Positions 41,109 through 52,475 of a DNA stretch of 64,000 nucleotides are shown here, in pieces. Below the pieces are notes generated by a model, which was not told where the DNA came from, ran no database searches, and saw nothing but the letters and a program-made list of their open reading frames with translations. This stretch comes from an uncultured Gemmatimonadales bacterium. Its GTDB lineage: Bacteria; Gemmatimonadota; Gemmatimonadetes; Gemmatimonadales; GWC2-71-9. Location of the stretch: NCBI GenBank assembly GCA_963842945.1, contig CAWJIM010000019.1, forward strand, positions 64,001-128,000, written 5' to 3'. Position numbers and translations under genes: made by a program. Within the stretch, counting starts at the first letter, position 1. Each line of letters begins with the position of its first letter.

Positions 41109-42814
41109 TCGGCAGTCTCCTTGACCACTTCCTCCAGGGTGGTAACTCCACGTTCGATCTTCTTCATGCCATCCATGCGCAGCGTCAGCATGCCGTCGAT
41201 GACCGCCTGCTCTCGAATTTCGACGACCGAAGCGCCCCGAAGGATCATGCGCCTGAGCTCGGGAGACAGGGCCATGACTTCATAGAGGCCGGCCCGGCCC
41301 TTGTAGCCGGTTCCGCTGCAGGTATCGCAGCCGGTGCCCTTCATGAACGTGAGCTTGCGCAAACTCTCAAGATTTGTGCCCAGGGCAGACAGCTCCGGAT
41401 CGGTGTATTGGTGCTCCGTCTTGCAGTCTTTGCAGATCCGACGCACCAAACGCTGCGCTACGACGAGGTTTACTGCGCTGGCGACGTTGAACGCCTCGAT
41501 ACCCATGTCGATCATACGGGTGATGGTGCTGGGCGCGTCGTTGGTGTGCAGCGTCGAGAGCACGAGGTGCCCGGTGAGCGCGGCCTTGATGGCAATGCCG
41601 CCGGTCTCCAGGTCTCGGATCTCACCGATCATGATGATGTTGGGATCTTGCCGGAGGAACGCTTTCAGCGCCGCGGCAAACGTGAGCCCAATCTCGGTGC
41701 GCACCAGCACCTGGTTGATGCCCATCAGGTTGTACTCGACCGGGTCTTCCGCCGTCATGATGTTGACTTCCGGCGTGTTGATCCGCGACAGCGCCGAGTA
41801 GAGCGTGGTGGTCTTGCCCGATCCGGTCGGGCCGGTGACCAGCACCATGCCGTACGGATTCAGGATGGCCTTCATCAGGTCCTTCTCGGCCTTGACCTCG
41901 AATCCGAACTTGGTGAGGTCGAGCGTCAGGTTGCCCTTGTCCAGGATTCGGAGCACGATCTTCTCGCCGAACAGGACCGGCAGGGTTGAGACTCGGAAGT
42001 CGATGACCCGGCTGCCCATCTTCAGCTTCAGACGGCCGTCCTGCGGCACCCGCCGCTCCGCGATGTTGAGCTGAGACAAAATCTTTACCCGCGAAGTGAG
42101 GGCCGCCTTCATTTTCAGCGGCGGCCGCATGATCTCGAGCAGCGCGCCGTCAATTCGGTAGCGGACCCGGATTTCGTGCTCGAAGGGCTCGATGTGGATG
42201 TCGCTGGCGCCCCGCCGTACCGCGTCGGTCAGCAGTCCGTTGATCAGCTTGACCACCGGCGCATCGTCGATTTGCGCCTGAGTGGCGGCCTCGTCCTCCT
42301 CCTGCTCCACCACCTCCACATCCTCGCCGGTCTCCTCCATGTCCTTGAGGATGCTCTGCAGCTGCTGGTCTGAGGCTTCGTAATACTTCTCGATCAGATT
42401 GCGCAGAGTGTATTCACCGGCGATGACCGGAAACAGATCGAAGCGAGTGATGAACTTCAGGTCTTCCAGCAGACCGAGATCGGTGGGATCGGCCATGGCG
42501 ACGGTGAGGGTGCGGCCTTCCCGTTTCAGCGGGAGGACCACGCTCTTGGTGGCCATGTCGGCGGGTACCAGCTTGATGATCTTGGGATCGACCTCGAACC
42601 GGGAGAGGTCGACGGCAGGCATGCGGTACTGGCGGGCCAGCAGTTTGGTGATCTCCAGCTCTTGGACGAGCCCGAGCTTCACCAGCACATAGCCGAGCCG
42701 GTGCTTGGTGTTTTTCTGCTCCGCGAGCGCCTGCGCGAGCTGCTCCCGCGTGACCAGGCCTTCGCGGAGAAGGATTTCGCCGAGCCGATCACCACCGGCC
42801 GCTGCCGTTGCCAT
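41105..42814 (-). CDS. pilB: Pilus extension ATPase PilB
   Basis: MshEN-like RLGEILLREGLVT...RLGYVLVKLG, ASDIHIEP, PQDGR, GPTGSGKTTT, LRQDP, tetracysteine motif. Confidence 0.96.
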   Translation of the reverse strand: MATAAAGGDRLGEILLREGLVTREQLAQALAEQKNTKHRLGYVLVKLGLVQELEITKLLARQYRMPAVDLSRFEVDPKIIKLVPADMATKSVVLPLKREGRTLTVAMADPTDLGLLEDLKFITRFDLFPVIAGEYTLRNLIEKYYEASDQQLQSILKDMEETGEDVEVVEQEEDEAATQAQIDDAPVVKLINGLLTDAVRRGASDIHIEPFEHEIRVRYRIDGALLEIMRPPLKMKAALTSRVKILSQLNIAERRVPQDGRLKLKMGSRVIDFRVSTLPVLFGEKIVLRILDKGNLTLDLTKFGFEVKAEKDLMKAILNPYGMVLVTGPTGSGKTTTLYSALSRINTPEVNIMTAEDPVEYNLMGINQVLVRTEIGLTFAAALKAFLRQDPNIIMIGEIRDLETGGIAIKAALTGHLVLSTLHTNDAPSTITRMIDMGIEAFNVASAVNLVVAQRLVRRICKDCKTEHQYTDPELSALGTNLESLRKLTFMKGTGCDTCSGTGYKGRAGLYEVMALSPELRRMILRGASVVEIREQAVIDGMLTLRMDGMKKIERGVTTLEEVVKETAE

Positions 42815-42889
42815 GGACTCGCCGTCTTAAGAGGGATGGGTGGACAGGGGTAATAATCGGCCGCTGGCGCCGCGAACCTTAGCCGTTCC

Positions 42890-43540
42890 TTACCGGGCAA
42901 CGAGTTGACTCTGGAGGCGCGAGACGGCCGCGGGTCCGAAGCCGGGCACCCGCTCGAGCTCGTCTACCGAGGAAAACCGGCCCTTCCGCTCCCGGTACTG
43001 CAGAATGGCTGCCGCCCGGGATGGACCGATTCCGGGAAGCGCATCTAACTCGCTGATGGTGGCAGTGTTGAGGTTCAGCGGGGAAGCCGGCTGGCCGGGG
43101 AGCGGGGACGCGGCGGCAATGGCAGATGACGGGGAACTCGGGAGACCTGCCGCCCCGCTGAAGGCCACGTGAGGGCTCAGGGTCTTGAGCAGTCCGGGGC
43201 CGATCCCCGACACTCGATCGAGGCCGGCCAGAGAGCCGAAGGGCCCGTGCGCCTGGCGGTCGTCGACGATGACCTTGGCCAGCCGGATGCCCACCTTGGG
43301 CAGGCGGGCAAGCTCCGTGGCCGACGCCAAATCCACGTTGATTCGCTCGGCCGGGCCCAGCGGCCTGCCCTGCCGCATGGCGCTATCACGCTGGGCACCG
43401 GGGGAGCCCGGCGGCAACGCGCCCAGGAGTTGAACCTGGCCGGGAGGCTCGCCCGGGCGAGTGAGAAAATGCCGAACGCCCTGGCCGAGCACCGCCAGGG
43501 CCAGGAGCAGCAGCATGGCGCGAGCTTCGGATGGGGGCAT
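42890..43540 (-). CDS. comEA: ComEA-family DNA-binding protein with two helix-hairpin-helix modules
   Basis: N-terminal hydrophobic segment; INVDLASATELARLPKVG and LNLNTATISELDALPGIGPSRA...VPGFG. Confidence 0.85.
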   Translation of the reverse strand: MPPSEARAMLLLLALAVLGQGVRHFLTRPGEPPGQVQLLGALPPGSPGAQRDSAMRQGRPLGPAERINVDLASATELARLPKVGIRLAKVIVDDRQAHGPFGSLAGLDRVSGIGPGLLKTLSPHVAFSGAAGLPSSPSSAIAAASPLPGQPASPLNLNTATISELDALPGIGPSRAAAILQYRERKGRFSSVDELERVPGFGPAAVSRLQSQLVAR

Positions 43541-43610
43541 GGTGGCACGGTAAAGCGGTAAGGTGGTTTTCTACTAATCAGCTTCGCGCAGCGTGGTGCC
43601 TTAAAAAACT

Positions 43611-43752
43611 GGGAAGGACGGGAAAGGCGGGAAAGACGGGAGGGTATGAGGAATAGGGAGAAAAGCTTTTAGGCGTTTGTTCCCCTTATCGCTTTCACGC
43701 CTTCCTGCGTAACCTTCACGTCCTACCCGTCTTTCCCTTCCTTCCCGTCCTC
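43611..43752. repeat. Inverted tandem-repeat element with nonamer GGGAA(A/G)G(A/G)C
   Basis: Left arm GGGAAGGAC GGGAAAGGC GGGAAAGAC GGG; reverse complement of the right arm ggaggacgggaaggaagggaaagacggg; directly abuts the M28 gene TAG. Confidence 0.85.
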
Positions 43753-44676
43753 CTAGTCCCTCCCCTCCCGCCGTATCAACTCCAGCGCCACGTCGCCCAC
43801 CACCTGCAGACTGTTGGCGCTGACCTTGTCGATGGTGTCGTACTGGGTGTGCCAGGCGGGATAGTCGAAGTCCACCACGTCGATGGCTCGGATGCCGGCC
43901 TTCTGCAGCTCCAGATGGTCGTCAATCAGCGTGTGCCGGGGTGAGGCGATGAAGTACCCGGCGTAGCCCAATTCCTTGGCCGTGTCCCAGACCAGCTCCA
44001 CCACCTCTGGAGCGCCGACCAAGGAGTTCCCCTCCTGATAGATCTGCAGGTCCTTGTCGGCGATCAAATCGAACAGCACGGCGTAAAGTGGTTTAGGACC
44101 CGCGGCCTGATGGGCGCCGTAATAGCGGGAGCCGATCAGAACATCGTTCGGGGACTTGGTGAAGTCGCCATAGTCCTCCCCGTCTACGAAGAGTAGATCT
44201 ACCCCAATGGTCGAAGGAGCTCGCTTCAACACATCGGCCACACCGAGGAGCAGCGCCACACCTGATCCACCATCGTTTGCTCCCATCACCGCATGGCTGG
44301 AGTCGCGAGAGGTGGGGCTATCCGACACCGGACGACTGTCCCAGTGCGCCAGGAACAGCAGCCGCTTCTCTGCGGCGGGATTGAACCGGGCCAGGAAATT
44401 TCGAAGCCGCAGCGTGTCCCCCTTCCCGGTGACGTGGTTCCAGCTCTGCACCAGCAGCGTGTCAGCCCGGGCATGCAGCAAGCTGTCCAGCCAGTTCCCC
44501 ATCTTCTCGTGGGCGGGCGTACCCGGCACTCGGGGACCAAAGGCCACCTGGCTCTGGATGTACCCGAATGCTGTCGAGCCGACGAATTCCTGAGGAGGGC
44601 GAGGTTTCTCGCGGCAGGATAGGACGGAGAGAAGGAGGGAGCAGGCGCAGACAACGGAGATGATGGAACGGCGCAT
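43753..44676 (-). CDS. M28-family zinc lipoprotein, glutaminyl-cyclase-like
   Basis: Lipobox VLSC; FGPRVPGT, AHWDSR, GANDGGSGVA, DGEDYG, DDHL, WHT. Confidence 0.85.
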   Translation of the reverse strand: MRRSIISVVCACSLLLSVLSCREKPRPPQEFVGSTAFGYIQSQVAFGPRVPGTPAHEKMGNWLDSLLHARADTLLVQSWNHVTGKGDTLRLRNFLARFNPAAEKRLLFLAHWDSRPVSDSPTSRDSSHAVMGANDGGSGVALLLGVADVLKRAPSTIGVDLLFVDGEDYGDFTKSPNDVLIGSRYYGAHQAAGPKPLYAVLFDLIADKDLQIYQEGNSLVGAPEVVELVWDTAKELGYAGYFIASPRHTLIDDHLELQKAGIRAIDVVDFDYPAWHTQYDTIDKVSANSLQVVGDVALELIRREGRD

Positions 44677-44753
44677 GAGGCTCTGGGCTGGGGTCTCTGG
44701 TTGCGTCGACGTCTGGAACGTAATGGATACCGCTCTCCGTCGTGCCTCCCCGG

Positions 44754-47700
44754 TTACCGGTAGTCTCCCGCGTAGAGCGACAATTGGACTGACAGCAGCA
44801 CGAAAATTTGCGAGGTGCGCCGGCTCAGATGGCGAGCGTCATTGATGGAATAGCCGAACTGCAGCCCGCCGCTCACCGTTTTCAGCAGATCGGTATCGAG
44901 TCCGCCCCGGATCTCCTGCCGTCTGACATCGGAGACCACAGTGCACTCGGGATTGAACCCCTGCTCCAGACAGGTGACCGTCTTGGACGAAATTGCCGTG
45001 AGGTTGGAGCGTACCCGCTTTCGGGTCCGGCTGAGGGCAGCGGGCAACGCAAACGCGTAGTTGAGCGAGCCGGTTATATCATCCTGATCGAGCAGGGTGG
45101 CATTGCCGTTGTTCTCGGTGCGCTGGGAGCGGGTGGCCAGCGAGGCCGTGAGCGCCAGGCCGTTTCTGAACGACAGCTGCAGGTCCGGAGTGAAGGTCGA
45201 GGATGAGGTGGCGCTCCGGGCCCCGCCGAATCCACCCGGCTGGGTCGAGGTGCCTTCCCGCTGGCGTACAGCCGCGCCCGCCGCCACCAGGGTAATCGGC
45301 CCCCTGGGAAAAGGGCGGGTCCAGCGAAGACTCCCCACCGGCCACTCCCGCTGGCGGCTGGAGGTCTCACTGAAGCCATCGGCCACCAGCTGAAATCGAT
45401 CGGTCTTGGTCAGCGAGTACGAGATGGTCGCGGTAAAGCCGAAGGGCAGATCCGCACCCGAGGAGAGTGTGCTGGAGCGGGTCTCGGTAGCCCCACGGGC
45501 GCTCTCGCCTTCGTGACTCAGGAAATCATCCAGTCCACCCAGACCAAGCATGAATCCGAGGTCGGGATCGAAGACGTTCAGGTCGTAAGTCGAACCGCGG
45601 GCCAGTCTGGTGGTGAAGTCGACCGGCCGTACCCGAGCCACTGCTTTGCCGAGGCCTCCACTGTCGCTCGAGATCTGGCGCAGGAGGCGGGCAAGGTCAA
45701 CCGACACCCCGATGTCGCGGCTTCTGGTGTTGTTCAGGGTCTGCGGCAGGATGAAGGCGCCGCTATCGCCGTTTTCCTGGATGGGGGCTCGGCTGGTAAA
45801 TGTCCGGGAGAGAAGGAAGCTGCTGCTGGTGCTGTAGCGAGGACGAAGCCAGGAGCTGATCCGGGGCGTCAATGCGAGGGCTGTTGTCACCGTCCGGTCT
45901 CGCTCCACCCCAACCGGTATTCCCAGGAAGAACTCGCGCTCGGCATAGGCAAGCCGGCCGAGGGAGGTCGAGTCGGGGTACACCCGGAGGTCGCGGGTGC
46001 TGGTGATGTCGGAGTTGAGCGACAGCATGCCGAGCGGCTGCCAGGTCAGCCCTCCGGTGTTGCGCCAGATGTGGGTCAGAGAGACGTTAGGCTGGATGAA
46101 CTCGTCCTCGGGGCGCGCCACCGGTACGGAAAACAGCGAATAATCGGCCTGGTCCTTGGTCAATCCACTACTCCAGCGGACATTTGAGGGAACCAGGTTG
46201 AACTCGGCATCGCGCAGCGCCTTCCCTCCCTCGCTTTCCCGTAACCACTTGGGCAACCGCTTGGCGATACCCGAGAACGGGAGTCTGAAGCCATGCCGGT
46301 TGAGCTGGAGGTTGTATCCCAGAACCCCGGAGTAGGCCTTGCTGTTGGCGTCGGACAGCTCGGTGCGGGCGCGGCCCTGGGTCATATTGCTGATCAGGGA
46401 TAATGGGTCCAGCAGCCCTCGGCTTACCCAGCCTCTGCCGCGCTGGCTCCGTCGGATCGCCAGGGTATAGGTGGCCGTCCAGGACACCGGGGTGCGCAAT
46501 CGCTCAGTGCGTCGCCCCGGATGTCGGTGCCGGTGAGCAGCTGCGGGTCTACGTTGGTCCGGTTGTAGGAGACGCTGAACGGAATGGAAAGACCGAGCGA
46601 GGTGGGCAGGAACCGGTCGAGCCGCCAATTCGTGCCCATCACAAATGCGCCGGTGGTCCGATAGGTGGGATCGCTGTTGATCTGGTGAAACTGCCCGTCC
46701 CGGCGGATAAACGAGGCGTTCACGCTGCCGACATCGGATGCGATGAAGCGGGTGTCCACCGCCATCGCCGTGCCGATGTCCGATACCGGTCCGCTGAGCC
46801 GGATATCGTCGACCCAGAGCTCGGCATCAGGGCCGGCGGGCGATCCGGCGAGCCGATAGATACCGGCAGAGACCTCCTGCACTGCGGCCAGATTGGGCGG
46901 GCTGATGCCCGGATCGGCCAGCTGGACCATATAGGGCCCATCACAGATCACGTACGCGTTGGGGTCTCCCCCGCACTCCTCAGCACCGGACGGCGGCGCA
47001 CCGCTGAGCCAGCGATTCTCCAGCGTGGCGCGAAGGCTCCGCCAGGTCTCGAGATCGATGACGAATTCGGGCTCCCACGTAGTACTTCGGGCGGGAGCGC
47101 GGTACAGATAAAAGTTCCGGTCGTCGCTCCCCAGCTTGATGAAGGCCTGGTAGTCGCCGGCCTCCCATTCCGCGCCCCTCCCTCGCATCCACACTCGTAG
47201 GGTCCGATAGCTCAGCACGTTCTGGGGACCGGCGGGAAATCGGAGATACGCTTCGGCGCGATCACCGACCTCCAGCCCCCGGCCGATCAGGCGCAGGGAC
47301 TTCTCGTTGATCTGCGTGCCCAGTGCGGCGCGGTCTAGACCCCGGCGGGTTGCCCCTTCGAAAACACCGGGCGGGGGCTCGTATCCCAGGTCAGTCTGGT
47401 TCTCGGTCGAGATGATCGAAGCGATCACCTCACCAGTTGGCTCTCCCAGAGAGCCGGAAAGGCCGGCGATCGGAGTCTCGGCCCGGCGGATCCAGGGGGA
47501 CCCGACCAGGCGGAGCCGAGCCATGGCGAATTTGGCCACGACGTCAGGCTGACTTGGATCCGGCGGCGCCACCACCGTCATCCGCAGATGCTGGATGAGT
47601 CTGAGGTTCGGCGTGCCGATGGTATCATCGGGAGTACGAATCGGGATCCGGTATAGCTGCCAGCCACTGGGGCTGCCGTCGCTCAGGACCCGCCCGTTGC

Positions 47701-50700
47701 GTACGTAATACTTGTCTCCCGGAACCAGGCTGACGACGTAGCGAAAGACGTTCTCGTTGGTACCGGTGGCGTTGAGGACGTTGTCGCCGTTCAGATCCTC
47801 GGTGTCCAGCGCGCCATTGCCGTTGGTGCAGCGGCCGCTCAGGTCGCCCCAGGGAAAGACCGGCACCGCGGTGCTCAGCTCGCGATGACAGAGCGGCAGG
47901 TTGCGGACCTCTCCTCCGGTCGTCGCGTCAACCAGCACGTCGGGGCGATCGCCCAGGATGCCGGTGTCCGCCACCTGGGCATCGAAGATGTCGATGTTGC
48001 TCCGCTCGGTGTCGAGCCGGCCTGAGCCGATGTATTGGCGCCCGGCGTACGTGGTGTCGCTCCCGTTGGTCGTAATGCTGTCGGGAGCAATGCCGATCGC
48101 GTCCTCATTCACCGTCCCCAGATCGAACACCACCCGCACCCCCGCCGCCTCGGCGGTCCGCGTTGCCGGGTCCTGAAAGACCCAGAACTCGAGGTATTCA
48201 TCGCGGGTAAGGTCCAGCCCGGTGGGACTGAGAGGGGTGACCATGGAGCGCCACCGGGGGCGCCCCAGCCGTTCGGGCTGGCTCCAGCGCGAGGCGTTGT
48301 TTTGCTGGACAACTCCACCGGCGGTGTCCGCGTGCAGGGTGAGATACAGCGCGGTTTCCAGCTGCTCTGCGCGTCCGGCGATCCGGATGAGAGTGTCGAT
48401 GTCCTGAGCCCGGAGCTCGAACGGCTGATCGGTGCCAGGTTGGGGAATCAGGTTTTGCCAGGTCAGCGCTACTGCGTCCTCGGGGAGAAAGCCGCCGGCA
48501 AATCCGATGTCCTCCACTCCATCGGCCTGCTGCGGCTGGCTGCCGAACTCCCAGACGTTCTCCTGCAGTGACAGCGGCACCCCAGCCTCGGCCTCGAACT
48601 CTTCTACATAGGCCTGCCCCGATCGATTCTGGTCCGGCTTGGTAAAGGCAAACTCGGCGTTCACATCGAGCAGCGAGGGAGCGGTGGCTGGCTTGGTGGT
48701 GAGTTGGCTCAGGAAACGGCTCACGCCGCTGGGCTTGAAATGAAGGGCTGTGTTGACTCCCCCGATGAGATTGGCCGAGGCTTCGAAGCCCAACGGCGGC
48801 CGGTTGAATGCGCTCTGCTCCTTCTGGTATATGCCGATGAGGTTGACCGCTCCGACTTCGCCCAGACTGTAGGTAGTGGCCAGGCCGAGAATGGTGGTGG
48901 GAGCAACGGCGAAGATCCCCTGCTCCTCGAACCTCGCCGTGATCTGTCCGGTCCCCGCCCCGAAGAGCGCGTCCGGGTTCAGGAAGGTGACCTGACCCAG
49001 CTCGTAGGAAATGGTGTAGTCCGTCCCCCGCTCCAGATGCCTCCCGCCCAGCAGGAGCTGTTCACTTCCTTCGCGGATCTGGAGGGCGCCCAGGCTCAGA
49101 GTCGACCGGTCACCGGCACCGGTGGAGTTGTACCGGAGCCGCACCTGAAATCGGGCTGGAGGCCCCTGCGCCAGAAGGAGATAAAGCGGCGTGCGATAGA
49201 GTGAGTCCGAACGCTCGGCAGCACTCAGGCGGGGATCGGCAAAGGGCGTAAGCGTAGGAAAGATGATGTACGATTCTTTGAGAACCTCCGAGGCGTCCGG
49301 GTCACGCGGCCGGGGAAACAACCGGTTATCCCGGTCGAAGACATTCTGGTCCGTCGACGAGGCCAGCCCCAGCAGAGCCAGATAGGTGCTCGCCTGGCCC
49401 TGGGGACGTTCGGAGCGATTCACCGACAGGTTGACCAGCAGCGATGAGCGGTCCAGGTCGGTGCCGGCCGCCCGGTAGATCTGCCGCATCTCGTGGCGGA
49501 AGGTGACGGCCTCTGGTCCGGTCTTGGGCTCCACGATCAACCGCAAACTGTCACTGGAGCCCTGCCCCTGGTCCTCGGCCGGAAAGCTGCCAACCGTGGT
49601 TCCCGCCGCAGTGGTATAACTCACGGCCAGGAAATCGTTCTGATCCAGCTTGGTGGCCAACGCAAACCACAGCCCTGAAGGGTCGACGTAGTAATCGGTA
49701 CCCTGAATCAGCAGCTGCCAGCGGACTGGCCCGAAGCTCTGCGCCGGGTCAATGGTCCGGGCCAGAGCTGTGATGCCGCCGAGATTCGGGTCGGCACCGC
49801 TCTCGGTCTGGGGCGGCCGGTAGCGGTAGACCCTGACCTCGACCGGCTGAACTGCCGGAGCGAGTCCGGCGGTACTCAGATTCAGAATATCGATGGCGGG
49901 ATAGCCAGGGATGGCTGTGGTTGGGTCCACCACCCAGAAGAAGCGTCCGGTCTCGAAGTCCAGATCACGGAGCTGCCGGTCCTGGGGCTGGCTGTTCGTC
50001 TGGCCAATGGTGTAGACCCGTTCGGCAACCTGGCTTCCCTTCTGGGTAGCGGCCAGGGTCTGAAACTGGAGAGGCCCGACCTCGAACCTGGCGTTGACCC
50101 CGAAGTTGTTGGCCGGAATGGCCGCGGTGATGAACCTGGATTGGGGCGGCTGAAAGGTCACGGTACCCACCTCTATCCGCCGGATGATCTCGTCCTCGAG
50201 CCCCTGGTAGTAAACTTGGATGTTGTTGTTGGCGGAGAAGTCCCGTTCAGTGTCGTAGTCGACCGCCAGGTGTACCCGCTGCCCGATCACGCCGCCCGAC
50301 TTGACGTTCACCTGATTGTCGAGGCGCGGAGGCTTGAACCCGCCCTGGCAGCCCGAATTCGGGTCGATCAGCAGCGCGGGCGAGCATCGCTCGTTCTTGA
50401 GCCGATCGGTTCGGATCTCCAGTCTCACTTGGCCGTCCATGGCCAGGTCGGCATACTTCTTGGAGAGCCCGAGCACACCCTTGCCCTGCTGCGGAGCCTC
50501 CTCTTCTTCAGAAGGCAGAGGTGGAAGCGGCTCCCCGTAGAGAGTCAGGAGCCGCTGGGCCACGGATCGCTCACGCCGGGTGGAATCGAGCACCGCAGAC
50601 ACCGTGGTGTCCCACGCGAACCCCCGAAGCAGCGGCGAGAGCCGCTCGGCGCCGAGCCAGGGAGCGCGCAGCTGCTCGGGCTCCTGCAGGATCAGCGGTG

Positions 50701-50869
50701 GAGTGGCAAAGGTGAGCCGGACCCCAAAGGGAACCGTGTCGGCCCGAGCCGTATCGGCTTGGCCCACCAGAACCCGCGGTATCGTGATGAGGCAAAACAG
50801 GGCGACGAGAAGGCGCGCCACTCTAGCGGAACACAGCGATAAGTCGTGAGCGTTGTTGGAGATAGGCAA
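44754..50869 (-). CDS. Giant outer-membrane protein, SprA/Sov-like (about 2000 aa; frameshift near 46500; start uncertain)
   Basis: Signal peptide; GVIGQRVHLAVDYDTERDF, YQGLEDEIIRRIEVG, LERGTDYTISYELGQVTF, LDTEDLNGD, WQLYRIP, ELWVDDIRL; beta-strand-rich C-terminus. Motifs recalled from SprA-family proteins, not searched. Confidence 0.75.
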
Positions 50870-50915
50870 ATATAATGGTCGAACGAAACCCCTACAACCA
50901 GAGTAGTTAGCTCAG

Positions 50916-52475
50916 GTGAGACTGCTCAGCCGATACCTCCTGCGGCAGCTCGCTGCGCCGTTCGTCTTTGCCCTGGCGGCCCAGACCAGCCTGATGCTGC
51001 TGAGCCAGATCGCGAAGAAGTTCGGCGCCTTGGTCGGCAAAGGCCTGCCCTGGACCGTGATCGGGGAAGTGTTTGCCCTCAGTCTTCCCTTCATCATTGC
51101 CATGACCTTGCCCATGGCAGTGCTTCTGGCTGTGTTGTACACCTTCAGCCATCTCGCGGCCGATAACGAGATCACCGCCATGCGAGCCAGCGGCATCAGC
51201 GCCTACCAGGTGCTCAAGCCGGTTCTGATCTGGGGCGCCTGCATGGCCGCATTCAACTTTGTCTTCGTGGATCAGGTTCTCCCCCGAAGCAACGCCCGGC
51301 TCCGGGCCCTGCTGATCGATATCGGCCGGAAAAAGCCCACCTTCGAGCTTCGAGAACAGGTCATCAACGAGGTGCCGCCGTCGCAGTACTTCCTCCGGGC
51401 GAGCCGCATCGATGCTGCCACCGGGAAGTTGCGCGGGGTGACCATCTACGATGTGGGCGGAGAGGCCAGCCGGCGGATCATTTACGCCGACAGCGGCTCC
51501 ATGGCATATGCCGAAGGCCAGACCGACCTCAGCCTTCGGCTCTACGATGGAGCGATCCACCAGTACCGCCCGGCTGAGCCTACCCGTTTTCAGCTGACGT
51601 ACTTCTCGGTGAACGACATTCGGGTCAAGAACGTGTACGACCAGCTGCAGCGGAACACCAGCGAGTCTATCCGGGGAGACCGCGAGATGAGCACCTGCGA
51701 GATGCTCGAGGTCATCCGCGATGCGAGACAGCAGCAGGAGGAAGCCCGGGAGGAACGTTCCCTGCTGGCGGTCAACGATCTCCGGCTTCTCCTCAATCTG
51801 CCCCGAGTCGAGGCTACTCCGGTTCGGCCGCCGAAGGCCCAGGCCGCCTACTGCGGTTGGCTCAAGTCTTTCCAGAATCTCATTCTCCCCAAGACGGCCA
51901 AAGCCCAGTCCAGTGCACAGCAGCCTGCTCCTGCAGCCCGATCCAAGGGACGACGGGCAGCGGCTCCCGTCCAGTCCAAAGCGCAGGCGGCACCGGCTCC
52001 TCCGAAGCCCGCGCTCCGCCCTCCTTCCCGGCCCAGGGTCAAGCTGTCCAGCTGGTCCGAGGTGACGTCGGCTGCCGATCGGGTGCGGGAGGCGGACCGG
52101 CGGGCCGACCGCTACGCGGTCGAGGTCCACAAGAAGTGGGCGATCAGTCTGGCCTGCATTTCCTTTGTGATTGTTGGAATAGTGATGGCGCTACGCTTTC
52201 CCCGGGCAGGAATCGGACTGGTGATCGGCGGGGGGCTGGCGGTCTTCTCGATTCACTACGTGGGTCTTACCGCGGGCGAAAGCCTGGCCGACCGCGGGCT
52301 GGTATCGCCCTGGCTGGCAATGTGGACACCCAACATCGTGCTGACCGTGGTAGGGATCCTGGGGCTGGTGCGGGTCAGCCGCGAATCCGGCAGCACCCGA
52401 GGTGGCGACTTCCAGGAGATCCTGGATGGACTCCGTCACCTCCTGCGCCGAATTCGGGGAGCGGTTGTCCGATGA
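50916..52475 (+). CDS. lptF: LPS export permease LptF with a large periplasmic insertion
   Basis: LLSRYLLRQL, DNEITAMRASGIS, VEVHKKWAISLAC, AMWTPN. Confidence 0.88.
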   Translation: MRLLSRYLLRQLAAPFVFALAAQTSLMLLSQIAKKFGALVGKGLPWTVIGEVFALSLPFIIAMTLPMAVLLAVLYTFSHLAADNEITAMRASGISAYQVLKPVLIWGACMAAFNFVFVDQVLPRSNARLRALLIDIGRKKPTFELREQVINEVPPSQYFLRASRIDAATGKLRGVTIYDVGGEASRRIIYADSGSMAYAEGQTDLSLRLYDGAIHQYRPAEPTRFQLTYFSVNDIRVKNVYDQLQRNTSESIRGDREMSTCEMLEVIRDARQQQEEAREERSLLAVNDLRLLLNLPRVEATPVRPPKAQAAYCGWLKSFQNLILPKTAKAQSSAQQPAPAARSKGRRAAAPVQSKAQAAPAPPKPALRPPSRPRVKLSSWSEVTSAADRVREADRRADRYAVEVHKKWAISLACISFVIVGIVMALRFPRAGIGLVIGGGLAVFSIHYVGLTAGESLADRGLVSPWLAMWTPNIVLTVVGILGLVRVSRESGSTRGGDFQEILDGLRHLLRRIRGAVVR

